64,000 bases of DNA from Lingula anatina (taxonomy: Eukaryota; Animalia; Brachiopoda): positions 19,716,001-19,780,000 of the forward strand of contig CM120642.1 of NCBI GenBank assembly GCA_051362555.1. Direction: 5' to 3'. Shown here in pieces: positions 36,304 through 49,418 of the stretch. The notes under the pieces were generated by a model. That model ran no database searches. It was not told where the DNA came from and saw only the letters and a list, made by a program, of their open reading frames with translations. Positions within the stretch are counted from its first letter, which is position 1; each line of letters opens with the position of its first letter. The position numbers and the translations under genes were made by a program.

Positions 36304-39300
36304 ATGATGTCCAGCAGCTCACTCCAGTGCTACAGTCCCAATAGCTCTCGAGGCTCCAACCGCTCCGTTCCAATACCCCTGGAGCCGCTGAAACAAGGCC
36401 ACCGAATGGATCCCCACGAGAGGATTTTCCTGGACGCCGCAGAAAGAGGAGACAAGGCCACAATGATAAGGTATTGAAAATCGTACTAGTATGTTGGGGG
36501 TTTGAAGTTAGCGCATAGCACTTCTACAAATCACCTAAACACCGCTCTTGGACAAATAATTCGCACCTTTTGTCCAAGCGCTGTTTAAAGATCCCTAAAA
36601 GCTGGACCAACATAGGAAATGACTTACCCGGGCATACGGTATAAAAACTAAGATAAAGAGACCCACTCTTCAATATATTCCCGTGTAAAAAAATACCTCA
36701 TGGCACCTTGTGAAATTGTACAAGTCGATGGTTTCATTGGGACATTGTTAATATTGAGCAGAGACTATGGAATCTTTACAAATCTTTACTGATGCGGTAG
36801 TTGCACTATTACAGTTTGAATGCATTATTAGAATGTTTCACGAATTTTACAAACAAGAATTCTACAATGATAAGTATGTCTTTAATACATTCTCTTTTCT
36901 TCTAACAGTATCGTATTGCAATTATTTCAGTGTGGCGTAATATAGCACTGTGTATTTGTGTTTTTCTCTTCTAAATTAGATGTTTGCAAGGACCAAACAA
37001 GGTCAACGTTAACTGCACCAATATTCTTGGTCGATCAGCCATCCAGATTGCGGTAGATAACGAGAACGTTGAAATAGTGGAACTTCTTCTCCAGCAAGAC
37101 GGCGTCAAGATCGGAGATGCTCTATTGTACGCCATTCGCGAGGGTGTGTACAAGATCGTAGAAATGCTTATAGACCACCATAGTATCAGTAGGGACATGC
37201 TTGGGATGGACTGGAGTCAAAATCAACCGCCAGGAGAAGAAAGCGCGGATTATTCTGCAGACATCTCTCCGGTTATCTTGGCCGCTCATTGCAACCAGTT
37301 CGAAATTCTCCAGTTGCTCCTGTCGAGGGGCGCCAAAATCGACAAACCTCATGACATCACCTGCACGTGCACACGTTGCCGCAATCAGGTCATCAGGGAC
37401 AGTTTACGACACTCACTACGAAGAATTCACACATACCGAGCCCTGGCCAGTCCGGCCTGGATCTCCCTCACCAGTTCAGATCCAATACTGACCTCTTTTA
37501 AACTTTCGTGGGAGCTCGAATGCCTGGCGTCAAGGGAAAATGAGTTTAAGGATACGTACATGCAACTGAGTGAGCAATGCAAAACATTTGCGTGTGACTT
37601 GTTGGATCAGTGTCGGACCACAGAGGAAGTGATAGAAGTCCTGAACAGAGATCACCACGATAATATCAACGGCGACGAAAGATATCCCGACCGCTTTACC
37701 TTGGACAGATTGAAATTTGCAATAAAATATGAGCAGAAGCAGGTAACTTGATGGAAAGATTTCCGGTTTCGTATAGGATGCCTAGTGGCTAATAATGTTT
37801 ATTTGGCACACCGCAAAAATTCATTACTTAGAGGATAGTTGTAACTATAAAACTTTGTTTATAGGTTTCTCATAGACTAAAGCCGCTAAAATGAAAATTA
37901 TTAACCTCGTCTTTTGAAATGGAAGATAGATTCTAATGGATAGACAATTCAATTCGACTTGACAAAATCAATTCAAATGTGCAAAAACAAAAATTTATAT
38001 GCCCTTTTTTGACCAAACGGTAAAAAAAACAAGATAATGTGGGCGATCCCTTAGTCGAGGAAGCGATCAACCGTTGTTCTGCAATTAAAGTAATTCCTTT
38101 CTCATTTCAGTTTGTCGCTCACCCCCACTGCCAGCAGCTTCTTACGTCAATCTGGTACGCAGGTCTTCCGGGCTGGCGGAGACGCAATAGCATCATGAAA
38201 TTCCTTACCTGCGTTGGTCTCATATTTCTCATGCCATTCCTCTCCTTCGTCTATCTCATCTTTCCCAGAAGCCGCATCGGGCAGCTGGTCCGGAGTCCTT
38301 TTATGAAGTTCCTATACCACAGCACGTCATTTGGCGTGTTTTTGTTTCTGTTAGCCAGCGCCTCGGCCAATGACAAAGAAGGAAATGCCCGGAAGCGAGG
38401 CCCACCACCTACCGCACTGGAAGGGCTGATTGTAATCTTTGTTACAGGTTATTATGTACACAGTAGATTTATAAATGTACTGGCATGTGCCAATGTTTCA
38501 GTGGTATAGGAATAATTGTGTTGAAGGCAATGCTTATGACTTATTGACAAGAGACATTCTGAACAGGTACATTTATTTTCTATTAAGGCTATTTTCTATC
38601 AAATTTATTTAGCAATCTGTTTTTGGTGTTTGAAAGAGTGGTTTATGACTTTCAGGTTTCATTTGGGCAGAGTGCAAGCAATTATGGGAGGAAGGCTTGA
38701 AGGCCTACATACGGCAATGGTGGAACTGGTTGGACTTCATCATGCTGTCCCTTTATCTGTGTACCTTCTCTCTACGGACAGTGGCGTTCATACAAATCCA
38801 ATCCGGAGATTATGGCCCATCCGAACTTGACCGGAAGTACTGGCCCATGGAAGACCCGACTCTGATCTCCGAGGGTTTATTTGCTGTGGCCAACGTGTTC
38901 AGTTTTGCACGAATCATTTACCTTTTCCTGGCCAATCCAAACCTTGGTCCGTTGCAGATTTCTCTTGGGTGCATGTTGATTGACATTGCTAAGTTCTTGT
39001 TTATTTTCATGCTAGTGTTGGCGTCATTTGCATGCGGACTTAACCAGTTGTATTCGTCTTATCAACCACCTGATGGATCCACAGCGCCGTTTTACACGTA
39101 TGTATTCTTTGAATAAATCCCATAAATCAGTTTCCAATCATCTTTGTAATTATTGAATGGAATTATTTGTGATTTTGTAAAATTGTCGACTAGATACACA
39201 TATATTTTTATATTTTCATACACACGAAAGCTCAGGAAAATCAAGAAAGCAATTTGGATTACGGTTTAAGTATATACCTTTGTTGATAGTATAAATGTCA

Positions 39301-40598
39301 ACCATCATCGCAATGAAGAGCATCCTTTTTTCGTCTTGCCTATAGTTTGCATTATCAAAAACAGCCCTGTATTTGCTCTTGGATCGGAACTCATGAAATT
39401 CCTTAACGTGCCATAAACCATTATAAACCCAAATTTTACAACAGTTCTTGGTGTCTTCAGTGTTTAATAAGGTTGACTGTTCCTATTTCCCACCCACACT
39501 GGTTAATTTTTTTTTCATCCAGGCTAGACCAGAGTGTAGGCACGTTAATTTGGTCGCTGTTCGGTTTGACACAGTTGAAGGACATCAACATAAAAGATGG
39601 ACAGCCGTTCACCAAGGGGATTGGGGAGTTGCTGTTTATGGTGTACCATGCCATGGCAATCATAGTCCTAATCAATATGCTAATTGCCATGATGTCAAGT
39701 TCCTTTCAGGACATTGAGGTAAGTAGCTTGGCACGGGTATTGTCCTAGAATCAATACATACTTTCCAGCGATGATCCCTTTTTGTTTACAATGCCAGAAC
39801 CTGGACAGGCACACATAAACGTTGAATGAATATCCATACATAAACATTGAATGAATACCCATATATTTTTGGTCTGAAATTTTCGAATTCCATTCTGCAT
39901 TTGACTTATTTCATCGTACATTTTATTTAGTTGCAGACGTTTTCAATCCGTGATTTAATCACGTACCAATATACAAAAAGTACATCTGTGAAGTAATTAC
40001 TTTACCATAAAACAATTGGATATATATTTCAGAAACATCCATACAGCTTTGGTCAGTGTTTTATCTTGAAGGGCCCTACACACCTTTATTTGAATAATTT
40101 GTACATTTGTGTACCTTACACAGGCACATGGCGACCGTGAGTGGAAATTTGCGCGTACAAAACTTTGGACCAGTTACTTCGACGAAGGGTCTACGCTATC
40201 GCCCCCTTTCAACCTCCTAGTTAGCCCCAAATCGGTGTACTATTGCATTGTAGCTATAAAGGACAGTGTATGCAAATGCCGGGAACGATTCCACCGGAAG
40301 TCAGAGGAGCAATCCAAGGTAAAATATAGATGGCAGTACTGGCACTGGGCACTTACCATAATAGTTTACACAGACAAGGTTACATTTCCACAATTTTGTT
40401 CTGTTAATCTTGTTGTGTTGAAAATCCGGCGTCATTCCTATCCCTATGTATATGTTCCTGCTATTGATTGCAGCGTGTGTAAGGGGAAAGTTGAACAAAA
40501 ATGAATTAAAAAGCAAAGCAAACATTGATCCAGCTACCCCTACTCTGTATATACGAAAAGGGTTTGCAAAGCGTTTCTGAGCGATAATGTTTAAACTA

Positions 40599-40637
<39 letters not shown>

Positions 40638-42674
40638 CGTGTGCGATCAATTTATTTCTGAAAGCCTCACTTAATATCCATAACATAATATGATATTGAA
40701 AACTATGAATAATTCTGATACCGGAACTTAAGTTGGTAACTGACCGACTTTGCGGTCTCAGCCTGGTACCTTTCACTATAGGTTATGTCCTGGATGGGAT
40801 GGCCACCCTATTTATTGTCATATACATAGTTGTCGTTATAATTCTACTGGATGACTGAAAGCATTCACTAATTATATGATATTTTCCTGAAATCACATAT
40901 TATTATTTATTTTATGTTATATTTTCTTCTGTCGTGCAGAGAACAGCGAATGGGAAAGTTAATACAGACTCCAGCACCGTGTATACGGGTCCAAACTACA
41001 AGGTACTGAAGAATTTGAGTTGTGAACAATCAAAGTAAACAAGGACTACTTTCCTTTAACACCGAATTCACGATTGCTTATTAATAAATGCTTTGGTCAC
41101 TTTGAATATCATTTGATGCAATTTAGTGTATGATGGACTTTTGTGTATATTCACCAAAGAGGAAGGTTATTAAATAAAAATAGTTTCAAATGATATGCAT
41201 TACATTATTTCGTTCTTGAATACAAGTTTAACAAAGTATCAAAACAACATGATAGTCAAAATGAAAAAAAAAAGGCATCATGTAGTTACACTTTCTGCCT
41301 GAATAATACGAAAGTAGGTGTTTTTGAGTCTATGGATCTTGTAAATAAATGGCTAATTTGCACGATTTCAAAAATAGAAATAAAGAAGTGCTCATTTTAC
41401 TAGCCAAAAATAATTTTAAACCCGTGTTGATTTCAGGACATTATGCGGCGCCTAGTAAGTAGATACATCCTACAGTTTAAGAAGCAGAGCAGCCAGGATG
41501 GAGTCAATGAAGATGATTTGTTAGAAATCAAACAGGATATATCGAGCCTGAGGTACGTCACATCCTTATTATCATCCACATGATCACTTCCTGCTGTTTA
41601 GATAAGTTGATCAATAGGTGACTGGTCGGATGCACTACTTAGGTTACTATTTTACGTAATAACCACAACATTAAGTTCTCAACCTCTCAAAGTGCACTGG
41701 TTCGGATTGAATTATTTAATGCCGCTCGATGTGAAAATGAAATGAAAATGAAAAGGGCCATGGAGGCTTACTGATGGTAGAAACCAGTATTGTCGCCTAA
41801 TGCCGGGGTATAATGTATAATCTGCCCCCCCCCCCAAAAAAAAAAAATAATAATAATAATAATAAAATAGGTACGCAATTTTTTTGTATCTTATTGCTAT
41901 AATGCACTATGTTGTTTTACTGGTATTTTGTCTTCTGAGTCTTAGGGGCACTTGTGATTTGACAATATTCTGCAGCTTCCAGTGTCAAATATTGTTTAGA
42001 AGTTGACGATAAACTTTGAAAATTTCATACAACTTTTTAAATTTTCAATTATTTTAAAATTTTTCATTGGCTAAAAAAACTCTTTTAGGTTTGAGCTACG
42101 CGAGGACCGTAAACGCGAGAGCGGCATAACAACTGCTCATATGGAGAGAATTAAGAAAGATATCATGAAGATGCTTCAGAATAACAATGCCAGTTCCAGC
42201 CAGCTTCACCCGACCAGCCCAGTGCCCAGTTTGTCCGAGTCCCGGAGCATTAGCCCAGTAACGCATTACACGCAGAATGACCAACGCCCAAATGCCCTGC
42301 AGTTGTCCCCCCACGCGCAGCACGAGACACAAGCCCAAGTAGAGCAGCAGCCCCCTCATCACGACTTAAATCTTGGGAAACTCCAGACGCACCAACCGGC
42401 ACAGGTTTCGAAGCGCGATTCGCCCCCTGATCATTATGAACTGACGCAGACGCGGTTCGATACCCAGCACGACCAAATGGCACAACAGCAAAAACTGTTG
42501 GAAGAGCTAAAACGTGATATCATCGAGAGCGTTAGAGCGGAGGTCAGAGGTATACTTACGGAGAACGCCAGCTTAAAAGCGCAGCTGCAGGCGGGGGTGA
42601 CGCTCTCGGCAGTGGACTTGCTTCCGCCTTTCAACTCCGAATTGTATCACACTCATTTGTACACTCAACTTTAA
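36304..42674 (+). CDS. TRPC-family channel (TRP-gamma / TRPC4-5-like), 9 coding exons, ~954 aa
   Basis: Exons 36304-36470, 36980-37742, 38111-38447, 38656-39097, 39523-39718, 40124-40318, 40940-41002, 41437-41552, 42089-42674 sum to 2865 nt in frame. Ankyrin repeats, [62 protein letters not shown], coiled coil [13 protein letters not shown] and C-terminal YTQL*. The start codon is uncertain (acceptors at 36226 and 36290 precede it). Confidence 0.95.
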
Positions 42675-43508
42675 AGTGCCGAAATAACTCTCATTACATT
42701 GCACTGTTTATGCAAATGTCTGCAAGGGAGAACTTCTGGACGCAAAAAGACATGAGAAAATTAAGACTTGCATGGATTGTGACATTCCAAGTTGCACCGA
42801 ATTTTCAATTTTATACAGTAGTCTTCAGTTGAGTGTAAAATGAGGGTTTGATCATATTAAAATCGCAATTTCAAAATCTGGTTATTACTTTGTAGGATTA
42901 TTGATGGTAAATTGTAGACAACGGAGGAAAATTTTCCAAATGCGACATTCAGATATAGTACACAAGAATGTCAGAGCTAAAGTGGATACATTTTTTTTTT
43001 TTTTTTGTTAAGTATCACCAATAAAAAACATTATTAAGTCACCTAATCCGTTAATCTCTCCATTTATATATTTGAATACAGAATACCAAAGTATACAGTT
43101 TCAGGGCAGATTTTTAAAATAGAGCGATATTTTTGCTTCAAAGTCAAACAGGTTTCAGAAATTAAGTGGCGTTTTCCACAAAAATGTCCAAATATTGTAA
43201 ATTTTAAATCAGATCTTAAAAATAATCGCTTTATTTTGATAAAAATGTCTATAGGCTTTAAGGACCAGTTAACGTTGATTTGTATGATACATTCTTTACT
43301 TACAAAATGGTTATTGAATGAAAGTTACAAAAACATTTTAAAATCAGTTTGATTTTATTTGGCCATACATTGCAGTTTGGACTGGAAACAACATTTCTGT
43401 AAGATAGTTCAATATTTATTGATATAATTTGGCTTTAAAATATAAAGATTGAACGGGATCACAGAAAAGAGCCCTTTCAGTCACCCTCAGTGCTTAAATT
43501 CTTTTTAA

Positions 43509-44602
43509 GGCCACACTTTTTTAATTTTATGGATGACATCCTGCGCGCGCACCGATTTTCGTCCGTTCTCCAAAAAAAAAAAAAAAAAAAAAAATCCCCC
43601 CCCCCCCCCCCAAGGAAGTCGGTTGTCGCAAACGTCGTGATTGAATTTGCCGGAAAATGCAATCGGCAATGCTCGGCTAATTCCGCAAGCTCCATGCTGT
43701 CATTGTCGACTGCGGAGACATCCGAGTAGTTCCGAGTGCGGAAAATGAGCTTTCTGCGCATGCGTATTATCACCACGTGGAAATATGGCCGCTTTGCCGT
43801 CAAATTCATCTCTAGCATTAATTTCAAAATACACGACAATTAAAGTCATAAAGAGAACAGGACGTCGTTTTGGATTGGTTTGCCATTGATATTGGACATG
43901 GAGATATCACTTTTTTACAATTATACGAAAGGCTGGCCGCGGCCAGCGATCATCGCCCGGAAAATTTCAGTGACATTCTGTCCAAAGCAGCACATAGACT
44001 TACCAGGGTTTTTTTTTGTAGCGAAAAAAGGGTCGACAAGAGCGTCGTGTTATTTGGTGGACTGAAGGTCGGACAGGCCACCCGATAGTTGGCTGTTACG
44101 TGTGAGTCGAAGTAGACAAAATGGCATCGACCGAAATTACCTTTTTTAGATTTGGTAGTAGGAAGCAAAGGCCTATCTTTGCTTCATTTTTTAACAATTC
44201 TGTGAAGTGTTTACAATGCTTAAATTTTCTGAGAGTACAAATAAAGACGCTGTTTATTTGATATTTGTTTTATTGATTGCTATACCAACAGAATGCATGA
44301 AATAACCTTAAATACATTTGGTAATATGCAGCATATAGGCCTATATATTCATGACTTTTTACCTTTCTACGAAGTAGGCCCAATTCACAATGCTTGAATA
44401 TTTTGAGAGCATGGATAAAGACATGTTGTTAGTTTGATACGTGTTTCTGTGGTAAATTAGTGTTTCCAGCTGTGTTCTGAAAACGTAACTTTTCTTAAGC
44501 AGTTTTTTTTTTTTTGGGACTGTTTTTTTTTTTTTTTCGCCCGCTCGCACCGATTTTGGGGTCCCCAGAGGATGTCATCCATAAAAATAAAAAAGTGTGG
44601 CC
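43509..44602. mobile_element. ~1.1-kb non-autonomous DNA transposon (3-bp TAA TSD; PIF/Harbinger-like, superfamily tentative)
   Basis: ~34-bp TIRs ggccacacttttttaattttatggatgacatcct / aggatgtcatccataaaaataaaaaagtgtggcc, TAA at 43506-43508 and 44603-44605, CpG-rich interior, no transposase ORF. Confidence 0.8.
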
Positions 44603-45569
44603 TAACAGATAATCAAAAAGGTTAACTTTTAAGAATAATTGTTAGTTCGTGTATTTTCATACGCCATATAATTCTACCCAGAATAGCATCACAAACTAAC
44701 CAGTTTCTCTAAATAACATACTAAAAATATGGATATGATTCTGACACTTAGTTTCCAAGTAACTGTTAGTGTTAAAAGGAGTACTACAGAAATATTTTGG
44801 AACTTTCTGCTTTGTAATTTTCAGACTATTCAAAACACAACAAACAAGAAAACATTCTTTTCAAATTTAAAACTTAACAATCAGAAAGCCATATATGAGG
44901 AGGAACCAATCTTCTCAACCAATTCTCAAAAAAGGAAAATGAGCTCAGAACCAGAAAAATTAACTGTGAGAATGAGTCTTGCATTCTAAATAATGGAATC
45001 TAAAATATTGCCTCTACAACTCAGAATTACATAATCTATAAAAATTTTGAGAACATGAATCAATATAAACAAGTGCAAGAGGTAGTCCCAAAGAATAATA
45101 ATTCATGAAACTCACCAGGTCCGGTGTGAAAGGAATGCATGTCCAACAGGAGAGAAAGGCCACATGTCCTACGAACATGCATTATCTAGGATGTACTGTC
45201 CTACCCGGACCCATATTCCCAGACTAAAATAAATTTAACGGAACAAAATGTTTCTCGGTGAAATTGTAAATAACATTATCTCACTTTAAAGTTATAAATT
45301 GCATATTTTTTTTACCAGCAACACATAAACAAAGCAACATCCAGGGGCACCAATTCCCAATTTAGAAGAATAGGTCAATACTAGAACTTGGCATAGACCA
45401 AGAATGGAGAGAAAAGAACAGTGGTCGCTGAGAAATTACATGCTAATTTTCAGACTAAAAACTGCCAAAGATAAAGATGTGAAGTTTTCCTGTTTCTATC
45501 ATTAGACAGTGAATGAAATAGATGAAACAATAAATGATAAATAAATAAATAAATTAATAAATAAGCTCT

Positions 45570-48500
45570 CTTCTGATACACCAACCACTGGTACTATTTA
45601 TAAAAGATGTACCTAAATGTGATGGGATTTCCCTATAGAAATCATTAGTTGCACCTTAGCAGCAAACAATGATCTAAGGAAAAGGACTCTCACAGAAGAT
45701 TAGGTTTTTTAGAGACAGGAGAACCTTCTATTCGGCAGTAAATGTAGATTTTGGATAAGAAAAAGGACCCCAGAGAAGCAATCCAGCATAAATAGATCTT
45801 TTTTATATCAAAGGGGAATCAAAACATTTAAGGGTTATATCAATCAAATTGTGCAAACAACAATGATCTTAAGGAAAGGACTCTCACAGGAAAAAGTGTT
45901 TACGCACAGATTTGGTTTTTAGAGACAAGATATTTTGGATAAGAAAAAGGATCAGATAAAAGCAATCCAACATTAATAGATCTATTTTAAAACAGAGATG
46001 AATACAAACAAGACTCACTTTTAATATTCCAACTACTAATACTATTTATGAAAGATATACCTAAATGTTATGGGACTTCCTCATAAGAATATGATCAGTG
46101 GCACCTTAGCAGCAAACAATGATCTAAAGGAAAGGACTATCACAGAAGATTTGGTTTTTAGAGACGGAAGATCCTTTTATTCGGCAGTAAATGTAGATTT
46201 TGGATAAGAAAAAGGATCATATATACATACAAGCATAAACATATATTTTTTATATCAAAGGGGAATCAAAACATTTAAGGGTTATATCAATCATGGTGTG
46301 CAAACAAAGGACTCTCACAGGAAACAAGTTTAGTCACAGATTTCGTTTTCAGAGATGGGAGAGCCTTTTATTCGGCAGTAAATGTAGATACTGGATAAGA
46401 AAAAGGATCATACAAAGGCATCCCAACATTAGACTTAATGTAAATCAGAGATGAATACAAACAAAACACTTTTCTTATATACCAACCACTGGTACTTTTT
46501 ATATAAAATGTACCTAAATGTAGTGGGAATTCCATACAGAAATATGATTAGGTGCACCTTAGCAGAAATCATTAATGATATAATGAAAAGGACTCTCACA
46601 GAAAAAAAAAGGTTTTCTCATAGATCTGGTATATAGGGGTTATCAGAGGAGAAGAAAAACACGACACTTGTTATGTATATGGCAGCCACTGGTCCTATTT
46701 ATAAAAGATGTACCTAAATGTGATTGGATTTCCTCATAGCAATATGATCAGTTGCACTTTACCAGCAAACAATGATCTAAAGGAAAGGACTTTCACAGAA
46801 AATTTGGTTTTTAGAGACGGAAGAGCCTTTTATTCGGCAGTAAATGTAGATTTCGGATAAGAAAAAGGATTATATATACATACAAGCATAAACAGATATT
46901 TTTTATATCAGAGGGGAATCAAAACATTTAAGGGTTATATCAATCATGGTGTGCAAACAAAGGACTCTCACAGGAAACAAGTTTAGTCACAGATTTCATT
47001 TTCAGAGATGGGAGAGCCTTTTATTCGGCAGTAAATGTAGATACTGGATAAGAAAAAGGATCATACAAAGGCAACCCAACATTAGACTTAATGTAAATCA
47101 GAGATGAATACAAACAAAACACTTTTCTTATATACCAACCACTGGTACTTTTTATATAAAATGTACCTAAATGTAGTGGGAATTCCATACAGAAATATGA
47201 TTAGGTGCACCTTAGCAGAAATCATTAATGATATAATGAAAAGGACTCTCACAGAAAAAAAAAAAGGTTTTCTCATAGATCTGGTATATAGGGGTTATCA
47301 GAGGAGAATAAAAACACGACACTTGTTATGTATATGGCAGCCACTGGTCCTATTTATAAAAGATGTACCTAAATGTGATTGGATTTCCTCATAGCAATAT
47401 GATCAGTTGCACTTTACCAGCAAACAATGATCTAAAGGAAAGGACTTTCACAGAAAATTTGGTTTTTAGAGACGGAAGAGCCTTTTATTCGGCAGTAAAT
47501 GTAGATTTTGAATAAGAAAAAGGATTATATGAAAACAATCCAGCATAAACAGAACTTTTTTTATATCAGAGGGGAGTCAAAACATTTCACAGTTATATCA
47601 ATCATGGTGTGCAAACAAAGGACTATCACAGGAAAAAAAGTATTTACTCACAGATTTGCTTTTTAGAGACGGGAGAACCTTTTATTCGGCAGTAAGTGTA
47701 GATTTTGGATAAGAAAAAGGATTATATGAAAGCAATCCAGCATAAATAGATCTTTTTTTCATATCTGAAGGGAATCAAAACATTTAAGGGTTATATCAAT
47801 CATGGTGTGCACAAAAAGGACTATCACAGGAAAAAAAGTATTTACTCACAGATTTGGTTTTAAGAGACGAGAGAACCTTTTATTCGGCAGTAAGTGTAGA
47901 TACTGGATAAAAAAAGGATCATACAAAGGCATCCCAACATTAGACTTAATGTAAATCAGAGATGAATACAAACAAGACACTTTTCTTATATACCAACCAC
48001 TGGTTCTTTTTATATAAAATGTACCTAAATGTAGTGGGAATTCCATACAGAAATATGATTAGGTGCACCTTAGCAGAAATCATTAATGGTATAATGAAAA
48101 GGACTCTCACAGAAAAAAAAGGTTTTTTCATAGATTTGGTTTATAGGGGTTATCAGAGGAGAATAAAAACACGACACTTGTTATGTATATGGCAGCCACT
48201 GGTCCTATTTATAAAAGATGTACCTAAATGTGATTGGATTTCCTCATAGCAATATGATCAGTTGCACTTTACCAGCAAACAATGATCTAAAGGAAAGGAC
48301 TCTCACAGAAAATTTGGGTTTTAGAGACGGAAGAGCCTTTTATTCGGCAGTAATATAGATTTTGGATAAGAAAAAGGATCATAAATACATTAAATCATAA
48401 ACATATTTTTTTATATCAAAGGGGAAACAAAACATTCAAGGGTCATACATACATTAAAGCATAAACATATATTTTTTGTATCAAAGGGGAATCAAAACAT

Positions 48501-49376
48501 TCAAGGGATAAGAAAAAGAATCATACAAAAGCAATCCAGCATAAATAACTTTTTTTATATCAGAGGGGAATAAAAACCTTTAAGGGTTATATTAACCATG
48601 GTGCGCAAAAAAAAAAAAAAAAAAAAAAAAAAAAGACAATGATCTAAGGGAAAGGACAGGGGAATAAAAACATTTAAGGGTTATATCAATCAATCAATAG
48701 AACAATGATCTAAGGAAAAGGACTCTCAGAGAAAAAAAGTGTTTACTCACAGATTTGGTTTTTAGAGACGGAAGAGCCTTTTATTCGGCAGTAAATGTGG
48801 ATTTTGGATAAGAAAAAGGATCATACATACATTAAAGCATAAACATATATTTTTTATGTCAAAGGGGAATCAAAACATTCAAGGGTCATATCAATCATGG
48901 TGTGCAAACAACAATGATCTTAAGGAAAGGACTCTCACAGAAAAAAGTGTTTACTCTCAGATTTGGTTTTTAGAGACAAGAGAGCCTTCTATTAGGCAGT
49001 AAATGTAGATTTTGGATAAGAAAGAGGATCACAGAGAAGCAATCCAAAATATATAGAACTTTATTTATTTCAGAGGGGAATACAAACAAGACTCATTTCT
49101 AATATACCAACCACTGGTACTATTTAGAAAAGATGTACCTTAATGTGATGGGATTTCCTCATAGAAATATGATAAGTTGCACCTTAGCACTAAAAATGAT
49201 CTAAGGAAAAGGACTCTCACAGAAGATTTGTTTTTTAGAGACGGAAGAGCCTTTTATTCGACAGTAAATGTAGATTTTGGATAAGAAAAAGAATCATACA
49301 AAAGCAATCCAGCATAAATAACTTTTTTATATCAGAGGGGAATAAAAACCTTTAAGGGTTATATCAACCATGGTGC

Positions 49377-49418
<42 letters not shown>

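Noticed and set aside
45340-45565. Possible degraded LINE 3' end (KDVKFSCFYH*TVNE followed by a (TAAA)n tail)
   Set aside because: The resemblance to RT-tail motifs is too weak to call without a Dfam/HMM search.
46451-48249. Repeated ORFs MNTNKTLFLYTNHW...
   Set aside because: They are by-products of the higher-order repeat. Other copies carry stops and frameshifts, and no domain is recognisable.
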